Part shown: piece by piece, positions 1 to 11,229 of the stretch
Position numbering within the stretch: the first letter of the stretch is position 1
How the letters are laid out: each line of letters starts with the position of its first letter
Origin: Hypanus sabinus
Taxonomy: Eukaryota
Assembly (NCBI RefSeq): GCF_030144855.1
Contig: NC_082714.1
Coordinates: 93,248,001 to 93,312,000, forward strand
Direction of reading: 5' to 3'
DNA: 64,000 nucleotides
Program-made: the position numbers and the translations under genes
Notes under the pieces: generated by a model
The model's database searches: none
What the model was told of the DNA's origin: nothing
Seen by the model: the letters and a program-made list of their open reading frames with translations, nothing else

Positions 1-2830
1 CTTGATTTTCTCCCCGTTCAGAAAATAGGCCGCACGTTTGTTTCTACTACCGAAGTGCATGGCCACGCATTTCCCAACGTTGTATTTCATTTGTCACGTT
101 CTTGCCCATTCTCCTAACCTGTCTAAGTTCTTTGCTCAACACTACCTGTCCCTCCACCAATCTTCGTATCATCTGCAAACTTGGCAACAAAGCCATCTAT
201 TCCATCATCTAAATCAATTATATAGAGCATGAAACGAAGTTGTCCCAACACCGACCCCTGCTGAAAACTACTAGTCACTGGCAGCCAACCAGAAAAGGAT
301 GCTTTTATTCCCATTCGCTGCCTCCTACCAATAAGCCAATGCTCTAATCATGTTAGTAACTTTCCTGTAATACCATGGGCTCTTAACTTGGTAAACAGCT
401 TCATTTGTGGCAACATGTCAAAGGCCTTCTGAAAGTCCAAATATACAACATCCACTGCATCTGCTTTATCCTACTTGTAATCTGAACGAATTCCAACAGG
501 TCCGTCAGGTAAGATTCTCCCTGAAAGAAACGATGCTGATTTTGTACTATGTTCTCCTGTGTCACCAAGCAGTCCAGCACTTCATCCTTAACAATTGACT
601 CCGACATCTTCCCAAACACTAAGGTCAGGCTAACTGGTCCATAATTTCCTTTCTACTGCCTTCCTCCTTTCTTAAAGAGTGGAGTAAGATCTGAAATTTT
701 ACAGCCGTCTGGTACCATGCCAGAGTCCAATTATTTTTAAAAGATCATATCTCATGCCTCCACAGTCTCTAACGCTATCTCTTTCAGAACACTAGTGTAC
801 AATTCCTCTGTTCCGGGTGACCTATGTACATTTAGCATCTTCTCTCTTCCTTCACACACTACAACATTACACACACTGCCAGCTTCTTCCACAGTGAAGA
901 CTGACGCAAGATTTCTCCTGCCGCATTTTCTAGCAGTCCTATATCCACTCCCATTTCTCTTTTATTTTTAACATACTTGAAAAAATGTTTATTGTCCACT
1001 TTGATATTATTTGCTAGCTTGCTTTCATGTTTCATCTTTTCACACTAATAATTTTTAGTTGCTCTCTGTAGGTTTTTTTAAAAAAACTTACCAATCCTTT
1101 ATCTTCCCACTCATTGTTGCATTGTTGTATGCCCTTTCCTTTTCTTTTACAATAGCTTTGACATTTTTTTGTCAGCCACGCTTGCACTATTTTATCATTT
1201 GAGTATTTCTTCATTTTTGGAATACAAGTGTCCTGCACCTTCCTCATTTCCACCAGAGACACACATTATTGCTGCTCTACTGACATGCTTGCCAGCAGCT
1301 CCTTCCTGTTTACTTTGGTTAACTCCTCTCCCATACCACTGTAGTTCCCCTTACTTCATTGAAATACTTCTACTTCAGATTTTTCTTTTTTCAATTTGAA
1401 CATAATTATACTGTGATGACTGTTTCCTCAAGGTTCTTTTACCTGAAGCTTCTTAATCGCCTCCAGTTCATTACATAACACCCAATCCAGTATAGCTGAT
1501 CGAAAAATTGCTCTAAAATCTATCTTTTAGGCATTCAACGAACTCACTCTCTTGAGATTTATTCCCAACCTGCTTTTCCCAATTGACCTGCATGTTATAA
1601 TCTCCCATAACTACTATAATCTTGCCCTTTCTATTTCCTGTTGTTAGGTGCGGTCCATCTCCCAGCTTCTGTTGGGACGCGTGTATATAAGTGCCATCAA
1701 TGTCCTTTTACCCTTGCAATTCTATAACTCAACCCACAATGATTCAACATCTTCCGATCCTATGTCACATCTGATTTGATGCCGTTCTTCACCACCAGGG
1801 CCACACCACCTCCTCTGCCTACCTTCCTATCCATCCGATATAACTTGTAACCTTGTACATTCAGCTCCCAAGTTCAACCATCCTTCGGCCACGATTCACT
1901 GATGGCCACAACATCAAATCGGCAATCTGTAATATTTCAACAAGATCATCCACCTTACTTCTTCCATTATGCGCACTTAGATGGAACGCCCTGAGTACCG
2001 CATTTGCGATCTTTTCTGATTCGGCATCCCTAATGATTTGATACTCAGCCTGCTGGCTCTCAACTAAGTCCCATCACCTACGTGCCATTCCTGACAATCT
2101 TACTGCACGCTATCTTTACTTTTTTTTACCATTCGTCCTATCCGGAGTCCCTTCACAGCGGTTCCCACGAACTTGCCAAGTTAGTTTAAACCCTCCTCAA
2201 CAGCCCTAAAACGCCTCTCCCCGATACTATTTGTTACCGACGGCTTCAGGAGCAACCCATCACTTTTGAACAAGTCATACCTCCCTCAGAAGTGATGCCA
2301 GTTATCCAAGAACTTGAAGCCTTGCCCGTTGCATCAGATTCTTATCAACGTATTTTCTACCAAATAGTCATGCTTTTACCCTCACTGGCGGGTGGCACAA
2401 GCAGCAATCCAGAAATCACTACTCAAGAAGTCCTGCTTCTCTGCCGAGCTCTCTCTCTTTTTATCTCCCTGAGTCATCCCTGACCCTCGTACCTGGGAGG
2501 TAACAAACCATCCGGGTGCCCCGTCCAAGACTCCAGAATCTCCTGTCTGTTCCCCTCTTTGTTGAGTTCCCTATCACTACCGCTTCTTTCTTCTCTATAC
2601 TTCTCTTCTGCTCCACGGGCCCATGCTTAGTGCCCGTAACCCAGACGCCGTGGCATTCTGTCGGGTGATCATCCTCCACAAAAGTATCCAAAGCGGTATA
2701 CTTGTTGTTGAGGGGAACGGCCACAAGGGTGCTCTGTCCTAATTGTCCATTTCCATTTCATCTGCAACATAGGGGTGACTATTTCTTTGTAACTTTGATC
2801 AATTATATCCTCGCACTCCTCACATTAAGG
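1..2830 (-). mobile_element. Decayed CR1-clade LINE (RT, endonuclease and ORF1 esterase remnants), part of duplicated unit 1
   Basis: Minus-strand fragments resemble CR1 RT (123-619) and ORF1 SGNH esterase (2461-2724 VVIGNS..RGTDRRF..RMVCYLPGTRVRD). Homologous copies lie upstream of clusters 2 and 3. Confidence 0.8.
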
Positions 2831-4310
2831 AAGTGTGGGAAACAGGGATAGAAAACGTGATCGGCAAATTTCTTTCTGATCTCTTGGTAATGGTGTCATA
2901 ACATACGCAACGAACCGACTGACAATCAGCCGACGCGGTGCATGTTGATTATCAGCAGGCCACCTGTGAAGTGATTCGCAAGAGTTTTCTGAAGAAAGAA
3001 ATCCAGTTGCTCCTAGTTTATATCCAATCACTTGCACAAGGGAACGGAGTGTAATATTGGCATGTTTGTTGATTAACAGGGTTATCAGGACACTGCAAAA
3101 TGACTGAGTTGATGTTCACAGAGCAAAACAGGCAGGGATATGTTTGTTTGTATTTGCACAGTTTGACTTGTCTTAGTCTTCAGCTTTTCATTGTTTCCAT
3201 TGTATTCCTTTATATGTACTGTGAATGCCCGCAAGTCAGGGTTGTGTATGATGAGTTACTGCACTTTGAGAGTAAATTTATTTTGAAATTTGTATTTTAT
3301 AATCCTAAGCCTGTGATCACGATCTAACTATTAAGCCTCAATTTAATCAATCCAATGGTTTCTGATCAGCGGTACCTCCGCGATGTTGATGGCGACTGAA
3401 GGTCATGGAACGTCAGATCCTTTCCTGTTGACAGAGGTCATTGTTGGATCTAATGTAGTCAGACTGATGTTTGCTTCTACCAGCCTTGTCTGACTACTCT
3501 TGGAGTCTTGTTCCATGCCTCAGTATCTCACTGTCGGAAAATTACATGAATGGGGTTTCAGGTGAACGTTCTCGGACTTAAACGGCGACTGTCTATTTCC
3601 CGGCATAGATGCTGCCAGACCCGGTCAGTCCTTCAGCTCTTTCTGAGTTGCTCCAGATTCCAGCATCGGCAGCCGTTTGCATCACCGGTGCAATTATTAC
3701 TAAACATCCCTAATTCCCATCTAATGATACCCGGAAGGTTCGCTGCCGAGAGGAGCACTCTTAATGCCCTCTGGCTGCGTTGATTGCGTTCCACTGCAAC
3801 CCCTTTGCACAACCACTGACCCCAATGTCGGACGGTAAATTAAATTCTTCCCAGGCCCGCTTTAGAGACGAGAGAGAGAAAAAAAAATCACTTGTCGGTT
3901 GGGAGTTACGCATTTTAGCGGCAAACTTTATTCTCTGATAAGTAAAGCAGCGAGTTGTTTTCTGCAGGAATGACATATTTTCAAATGGGAACCGATGTAT
4001 TGTCGAGGTAAGTTTGGGATGGCATAGAGGTTTTGTAGAAATTTGATGCGACCTTGAAAAGTTTTGTTCTTATTAGCCATTCTGAGCAGAGACGAGGTGC
4101 CGTGTGCAACCAGCAGCCACACCGATTGTTCTGGAGGGAAGCAGCCGAAACAATGTCTAAAATAGGTTTAGCCGGAGTATTCTTCAAAGTTCTAAACAGG
4201 CTTGGATATGTGATACAACTAAAGATGAAACAATCTTTAAATTAGGGGTTAAGGTTTTCAAAATCAGCAAGGTGACCATTAAAAGTTTCTGAAGGTTAGC
4301 AAGTCAATCT

Positions 4311-4364
4311 CCGCCCACATTCTATCCCTGGCGCCGCCCACTCATTTACATCCTAATTAATAAA
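4311..4364 (+). promoter_or_regulatory. IgL promoter, cluster 1: two GC boxes, variant octamer ATTTACAT, AT-rich TTAATAAA
   Basis: CCGCCC 4311-4316 and 4334-4339, ATTTACAT 4344-4351, TTAATAAA 4357-4364. The homologous site in cluster 2 is the canonical Ig octamer ATTTGCAT. Confidence 0.7.
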
Positions 4365-4468
4365 CGGACTCGGAGACTCTGAAACCTGAGCTGTTCCCGA
4401 AGTGTGCAGAACAGTGCATGGTTCGGTCGGAATTTTTGGGCGCTCGTTGTCTGCATCTGTCCGGAGGA

Positions 4469-4517
4469 ATGTCCCCAGTGCTGCCTTTCTTGTGGGTTCT
4501 GCTGGTCCATTTACCAG
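4469..4517 (+). CDS. IgL: Ig light chain leader exon, cluster 1 (MSPVLPFLWVLLVHLP)
   Basis: Hydrophobic signal peptide; phase-1 donor G|GTGAG at 4518; 107-bp intron ends TTTTATTGCAG at 4624. Confidence 0.9.
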
Positions 4518-4624
4518 GTGAGAGTCGGATTGGATTACTCTCGGATTATCCGTTAAAATTGTGATTAATGCTGATTTTTATTTCTCTCCAAGTAACCCAG
4601 CGGTTTTATTGTGTTTTATTGCAG

Positions 4625-4975
4625 ATATCCTCGCGGCCGTCGTGCTCACTCAGACCCGAATGTCCGGACCTGTTTCGGCGGGACAAACCGTACGCTTAGA
4701 GTGTCGCATCCAGAACGATAATGTTGGAATTTACATGTCCTGGTACCGACAGCGCCGCGGGGAGAGACCAGAGTATGTGTTAGAACATTACCCAAGCAAT
4801 AATATATATCATGGGCCAGGGATCACAGACCGTTTTCAACCATCCAGAGACACTTCCAGCAACAGTCAAATCCTGAGCATCAGCAGTTTGGGGCTCCTGG
4901 ATTTCGCCGTCTATTACTGTGCAGCGTGGGAGAATGGGATTGTCTTCGGTCCAGGCACCATCCTGGATATTAAGA
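4625..4975 (+). CDS. IgL: Germline-joined VJ exon, cluster 1, intact (type I/NS5/sigma-cart-like)
   Basis: Open 351-nt exon with V-domain hallmarks LEC, WYRQ and YYC running directly into J motif FGPGTILDIK; donor A|GTAAGT at 4976. The isotype call is from recalled similarity, not a search. Confidence 0.93.
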
Positions 4976-6647
4976 GTAAGTGACTCCCTCATTCTGCTGC
5001 AAACAATTCCTACTCCAGCCTCTTTCATTCCCCAGAACGGGATAAAATCCCGTCCAGGGAAGGCAGATTCCATCTGTCAGTCTGGCACAATAGGCCGTCG
5101 AGTCAACTCCAACAATCAAATTAATGACCGCTTGACTTGTGAACATTTTTTTGTTGTTGGATACTTCTGATCTACTTCAGCCGGTGTAGCAGAATTCAAT
5201 ACTTTCCGATATCCCTTCTCTTTAACACAATAGGCCCCGTGCATAGCATTATTGAATTGGTTTATTTTTGCTACTTTTCACAAGATGCAATGAGAAGTTT
5301 GTCTTGCATACTGTCCATAAAGATCACATGAGACAGTGCGTTGAGTTAAACACAGCTTAACGCAGAATAAAATTTAACAGCCAAAAAGGAAGTGTAGTGC
5401 AGGTAGATAAGTTGCAAGATCGTAACGAGGTAGTTGTGAGGTCAATCGTCCATCTTATCGTACCAGAGAACCATTCAATAGTCTTATTACAGCAGCCCCT
5501 TTGTAATGTCAAATTAAACCAATCCTTGCTGTTTCCACATACTCCATATCCCTCTATTCTCAGCACACTCACGTTTCCGCCTAACAGCTTCTTAAACGTC
5601 CCTGTTGTATCTGCCTCCTCCAGCTCATGCACCCTCCACTCTGTTTAAAAAAATAAAAATTCACCGAAATTCTCTCGGCTTAGATGCTGCCCACGGGAAA
5701 AAAATCTTGGCTGTCGATCCTATCGCTATCACACATACTGTCTTGAATAATGTTCACACCTCATTCGGGGAAATTATCGCAACAACAAGCATGACATTTA
5801 CCCTTCCCTCTTCATTCACCACATCTGAGAACTTGTTTGTTGCCAAAATTCCATAACTTTTTTTGGATGCGATAAATCCTGGACCACAGGGCAGGATGTT
5901 GATCACTTCAGGTTAACGCAATTCGCAGTTTCTGATTAAGAACCGTATCATTATGATTATAGAAAACAGAGGAGAAAAAAGTCAGACTTAAAATAATACA
6001 CACCGGGGAAGGTGCTGGGCAGACAACAGACTGGTCACAATGTCGAGCGGCAGTAGGCGGGTTAGTACGTGTTCGGAATGCAATCTGATTCTGAACGAGT
6101 CGTTTCGCCTTTTCCCGCTTCTCACCGATTCACAGACCATTTTTCCGTCACTTCCTCTTCAGCCACTGGGTACCGAGTCTTCGATATCCACTGAGCTTTC
6201 CCGAACTCGGGAGATCCCAAAGAGCCTTCTTAACATCATTAACTGAAAGTGTACCATTCTCAGTTATTGCCCTAAGAGTTCAAAATTTGTGGAGTTGTTG
6301 GAGAACAATAAGGAACTGGTCTCACTGGAGGGGTCAATCATTTGTGCACGGTTTGGGGAATTAGCGAAGAGATTGAGTAGTGTTGAAGTTATATTTTAAC
6401 GCAATGCAGTACCGAGAGCAGAGTAGATTAAAAAACATTTTAAAAAAATAAATAATGTCACGTCGTCGACGCGCAAGGCTGCGAATAATCTAGACAACTC
6501 TTCACCCAAAGGTTTGCACCGGAGGGGTCAAATGTGACGTATACTGTGTCCCAATGCTTGTATTATTTTCGGCGCTGGTGCTTCCACCTTTAAACAGTCC
6601 ATTAAATAATATTGTTTCTATATACCTCCTTCTCCTCTCTCACACAG

Positions 6648-6976
6648 GTAGCGAATCCCGGCAGCCCTCAGTTCTCCTGCTCCTCCCCTCTCAGGAGGAG
6701 ACCGGCTCAGGTAGGGCCACTCTCTTCTGTCTGGTGAGTGGTTTTAAGCCGGGCTTGGTAGCGCTACGCTGGAGCGTGGATGGATTCGAGACGGAGAGCG
6801 GGATGACGACAGGCGCTGTGCCCCTGGACACCGACCAGACCTACAGGCTGAGCAGTTACCTGCGGGTTCCCGTCGCTGCCTGGAACAAGGGCTCGAGCTA
6901 TTCCTGCAGCGTGAGTCACAGCTCGCTGAGCTCGCCGCTGCGCAACACCATCTCTTCGTCCGCCTGTGCGCAGTGA
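6648..6976 (+). CDS. IgL: Ig light chain constant exon, cluster 1, intact
   Basis: Acceptor CACAG|GT in phase 1; C1-set domain PSVLLL..ATLFCLV..W..YSCSVSH with terminal Cys (SSSACAQ*). Confidence 0.95.
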
Positions 6977-8404
6977 GAGTGTGCCGGCTGGCAGTACACG
7001 CGGATTGTTTGCTCTTGTTTAATGCTGCGAAGCAATGATTGGTTCTGTATAGCAGCCCATTGAAATTTAATTGTGTAGTAATGTTCGCTTATGGAAACAG
7101 GCAGAATGTTTAATGAATTCAGAACAGTTGGCAGTAATAACCCATCTTTTGCGACAGGTAATTTTATGTAGAATTGTCGCCACTGTGCTGAGTCTGAACT
7201 ACTGCTGTGTGTAGACTCAGGAGCGATCTCTCGCGCTGTGAATGGAGTTTGTGTAACACAACTCTAAAAAAAAAGAGGAAACAGCGGTAAATTTATCGCG
7301 TCTCCTCTTTACCTGGCTGCTGGCAGTACGTTGTTGGGGTGGGGGCGGAATGGTTCTGTACAACGTGCCGTCTAGGAGCCTCAAACGGAATTATAGTTAC
7401 ATCGACTCCGACGTCTTATTCCACTTTCTGCTCTCTGTGTCCTGAGTGCTCTTTGTTCATCGGCACTCACACCCGCATTCTCCGGAACCTTCTATTCCTC
7501 GTTGTCCTGCACTTCTGCTCTTCATTTACAACCATCCCTGTGGGACGGAGATCAACATTTTCATTGCCTTTTGGACAACGTCTTACCACCGTTGGGAGTG
7601 TTACACAGTGGTGATGTTTCCCCGTGACTTGAACATTGTCTTCATCGATTCAGTTCTTTCCTGAAGGAAGGCCATCGGCCTCACGTTCCACCTGCCACCA
7701 CCGCTACCACCCGCCACATCCACACCCACACCCACGCCCACACACTAGCTTCTGTAACACATAGTTTTCTTCAAAGTTTAAGGTAAATCTGTTATCAAAG
7801 TATGTATACGTCTTCATATGCGACCACAAGTTTCATGTTCTTACAGATAATCACTGTAGAAAAAAGTAGAATATATGCAATGAAAAACTACAGACAAAGA
7901 CTAGTAACCGCAAATAAATAAATGGAGAGACTTAAAGATAGATAAATAAACAAAACATACTTAAACAGATAAATCATTTAAACACAATCGATCATAAATA
8001 AACAAACAAACGGATAAATGAATAATGGATAAATACATAAATAATACTGGGGACAAGAGTTTGACCGTGAGTCTATAGATTATGGAATCAATACAGAGAA
8101 GTTGTGATGAACGTCATCGACTTTGGGTCAGGGGCCTGATGGTTGAACTCTTCCTGAAACTTATAGTGCGGGATCTACGACCGTAATTTCAGATGGGAGA
8201 GAGTTGCTGAAGAGCGAAACAAGTGTAAGTTGACTGTAAGGTTTGGTGTAGAAATCTAACTTCGTCTTTAATGAGGTTTTTTGTCGGTCGGGTGGTGTCA
8301 ACCTGTGCCTGGACTTCCACTAACCATTAATGACCATACTAATCACTCTATTTATGGAGTATATAGAGCAACGTCCACGACATTAGAGAAAATAAATCCT
8401 GTCC

Positions 8405-9071
8405 TGTCATGGTCCGGTCCGTACATGGATTCTGTACTCCGGTTATTCTGTTTTTTTCCATGTTCTGTTGGGTGCCTTAGTTGACGCACTTGACTCTTGT
8501 TTCAGTCTGGCAATAAAATGGGGTCCAGAGATTCCTCGTTCGACCGTCCTTGTCAATAACCCCGTCAGAAACCTCGTCAGTCACCCAGTCAGAAACCTCG
8601 TCTGTACCCACACTGAGAAGCTCGGCTCAGTGTTCCGTATCCTGTGTCTAAGAAGAGTCCCGGCGCTATGTCTTGTGTCCAAGGAGGAGCCCCTGCTCAG
8701 AGTTCTGTGACCTGTGACTGAGTCAAGTCTGTTCCAAGTTCAGAGTCCAAGTCTAGTCCAAGAGCTGAGACTAAGTCGAGTCCAGTAGCGGAGTCCCACT
8801 CTGGTCCAGGAGCCGAGTGCCGGTGCAGTCCAGGAGCCGTGCCAGTCCAGTCCAGACTCGAGTTCCGAGTCATGACCTGAGTTCCCTGTCCTTTTCAAGT
8901 TCCAGATCTAAGTCCTGGTTTTCCGATTAATCACTCTTCTTCTACCTTTGTGTGATGATTTTGGCCGCGCTCCTTGGCTGACCTAGCATTCTTAATAAAC
9001 ATAGTCCAGTTCCTAGTACTTCAGTGTCTGTGTCTTGTGTTTGGGTCCGCTGCCATCGCCCCCTTGTAACA
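8405..9071 (+). mobile_element. Solo LTR (667 bp)
   Basis: TGT...ACA termini, AATAAA 8994-8999, near-perfect 5-bp TSD TGTCC (8400-8404)/TGTTC (9072-9076). Absent from the homologous site of unit 3 (~62880). Confidence 0.8.
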
Positions 9072-9286
9072 TGTTCATTAGGTAGAATTCCAATGAACAA
9101 CCGGGCAAATGACGCCCACACTTGGTTTGCTGGAACACTTAACATTTTCAACGTTTTAAAACTTGTTTGAAAATACGGGGACTGTCAAGTGCATTATAGA
9201 TCACTAAAAAATGAAAGAAAATCAATGAACATATGGAGAATACATTAAGTATTAAAAAGATTAGCTTTATTTTTCATATCTAGATA

Positions 9287-9941
9287 GAAACATACAACGC
9301 CCTTTGCGTCTAAACAAATCAATGAAGATTGTGCCGGGGACAGACCGGAAGGGTCATCAGGCTTTCGGCAACAAGCTTTACTTATTTTGTATTTATTTAT
9401 TTGCCTATCTATCTGTTTTTATATCTATCTATTAAACTTCTGTCTGTGCAGCTACAGTGTCTATCTATGTCTCTATCTATTTGCTTATTTATTTATTCAT
9501 TGATGCAGTGTGTAACAGACCCATCTGGCCCAACAAGCCACCCAGCACCCGCCGTTTTCACTCAAGCACAATCGAAGGACAATTTGCAATCACCGATTAA
9601 CCGACTAACTGGTACTTTTAACCGTGGAAGGAAACCAGAATACCTGAAAGATGTTGCACATTAAACTCTATAACTGGCATGTGGATATTATAGGTAACTG
9701 GAAAATTTAATGACAATTTTTATAGCCTTTAGTGAAAAGCGCTTGAAACGCACATGCCCAGAGAGGATTTATTGCACATTTTCAATGAACATTTAAACAT
9801 TATGATTTACTGAATTATAAATAATACCGAGTACAACACCTTAACACCTCCCACTGGAAAGGTGATCACTAATATTGTGGTGGTATGTCCCCAGCACAAT
9901 CTTCATTGATTTGTTTAGACGCAAAGGGCGCTGTATGCTTC
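9287..9941. repeat. 56-bp inverted repeat pair with 543-bp spacer
   Basis: 9287-9342 versus the reverse complement of 9886-9941 matches at 53/56. Confidence 0.8.
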
Positions 9942-10329
9942 TTTCTCCGTAATGTGGTGGCGATAGGAGACAGCCACACACCGGGATGCAGTCTGTAAAT
10001 CAGATTCAACAAGGAAAAATTGGTGAGGATATATTTTCTATTATTCCCTCTTTGACCCACAACCATCAGGTAGGAATTACCACAGCATTAGTACAAGGTC
10101 TGTTGGGATGGGAACAACTTTCCCCAGGATGTGAGATTACGGAACTCCCTGCGACCACCCAGGTCTCATCACCTCTGAACTATCGATAGTTCTGCTTACA
10201 TTCTGACTTGTGTCGTAAATGCACCCTCTGCTGAACGTTGATCGTCTGAAATATATTTTATTCTGTGTTAAGTTATTTGTGGTACTATTATTTTCTGTGA
10301 TGTTTGTGAATTATATACATCTTGTTGTG

Positions 10330-10860
10330 TAGGCTGGCTCGGAGGATCTTTGGTTTGTTTGGTTGAATGACTATGTCGAGTCATAGTGTGGAGTAATTAG
10401 TCTTCAAGATGCCTCAGATGGCGGTGGTAAATGGCGTATCTTTACGTGCATCTCCGATGGGAATAGTCAAAAATTCCCATTTACGACTGCTACAGTTGAA
10501 ATCCATAGCACGTGGGATTCCAAATCCCTTGAAATAGGTGTCACCATTGTAGCTGCTTTCTTTACCAGAGATGCGACGTGTACACTAACCTTCTGGGAGT
10601 CTTTCAAGAGGACTCCTAAGTCTTTTTGCGCCTCTGATGTTTGAACTTTCTCCCTATTTAGGTAACAGTCCGCACTATTGCTCATTTTACGAAAATGCAC
10701 TAATTATATTTCCCAGCACTGGAATCAACTTGCCACTTTTTGCTCATTCTTTAAATTTGTCTAAGTCGTGCTGCAATCGCACTGCTTCTCAGCACTACCT
10801 ATATTTCACCTGTCTTCGTATCATCTGCAAACTTTATCACAGTCCCACCAAGTCCATTAC
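10330..10860 (-). mobile_element. CR1 LINE RT fragments
   Basis: Similar to 1-200 and 53500-53850; minus frame reads EAQKDLGVLL..SQKV..VKKA. Confidence 0.6.
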
Positions 10861-10863
10861 CTA

Positions 10864-11200
10864 ACACGAGGAAATCTGCAGATGTTGGAAATTCAAGCAA
10901 AGCACACGAAATGCTGGTGGAACCCAGCAGGCCAGGCAGCATCTGTAGTGAGAAGCACTGTCGACGTTTCGGGCCGAGACCCTTCGTCAGAACTAACTAA
11001 AAGGAAAGATAGTAAGAGATTTGAAAGTTGGAGGGGGAGGCGAAAATTCGAAATGATCGGACAACACCGGAGGGGGTGTGGTTTAAGCAAATTTTTCAGG
11101 CGTCGGAGGGGAGGGGGGAGAGGGTTGTTGTGGGAGGGGAGGGGGATGTGGCAATCGAAGTGAAGGGACCTAGGTTTCAATGGATGATGAAAAAGGAAAG
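10864..11200 (-). mobile_element. Penelope-like element terminal-repeat fragment
   Basis: Minus strand carries CTGACGAAGGGTCTCGGCCCGAAACGTCGAC...GATGCTGCCTGGCCTGCTG, a repeat that recurs degenerately near 3575, 21365, 37020-37350 and 57840. The family assignment is inferred from the hammerhead motif. Confidence 0.55.
10957..10996 (-). ncRNA. Minimal type I hammerhead ribozyme motif
   Basis: Core CUGACGA, extra A, stem II GGGU-CUCG-GCCC, GAAA, palindromic ACGU stem III, GUC cleavage triplet. Stem I is weak in this copy. Confidence 0.55.
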
Positions 11201-11229
11201 ATAGCGTGAGATCAGCGTGCAGGAAGGGC

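Larger units (their letters stand above)
1..9660 (+). repeat. Segmental duplication unit 1 (CR1 remnant + IgL cluster + flanks)
   Basis: Colinear by eye with ~53650-63575 over its whole length, and 1520-7770 matches ~18125-25318. The left edge runs beyond the window. Confidence 0.85.

Noticed and set aside
890-896. CACAGTG heptamers (890, 54534, also ~7604 and 38773) as RSS
   Set aside because: No ACAAAAACC-like nonamer at 12 or 23 bp; they lie in TEs or flanks and not beside V or J. The scan was not exhaustive.
4915-4921. TACTGTG as a cryptic RSS for V replacement
   Set aside because: It is explained by Tyr-Cys codons; the best upstream nonamer matches only about 5/9.
4561-4983. ORF-track starts at 4561, 6554, 58879 and 60973
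   Set aside because: They begin in introns or mid-exon; splice signals define the real exons.
6456-6465. ATGTCACGTC and CAAATG conserved in the J-C introns as an enhancer
   Set aside because: The introns are ~80% alike by eye, so short shared motifs are expected without selection.
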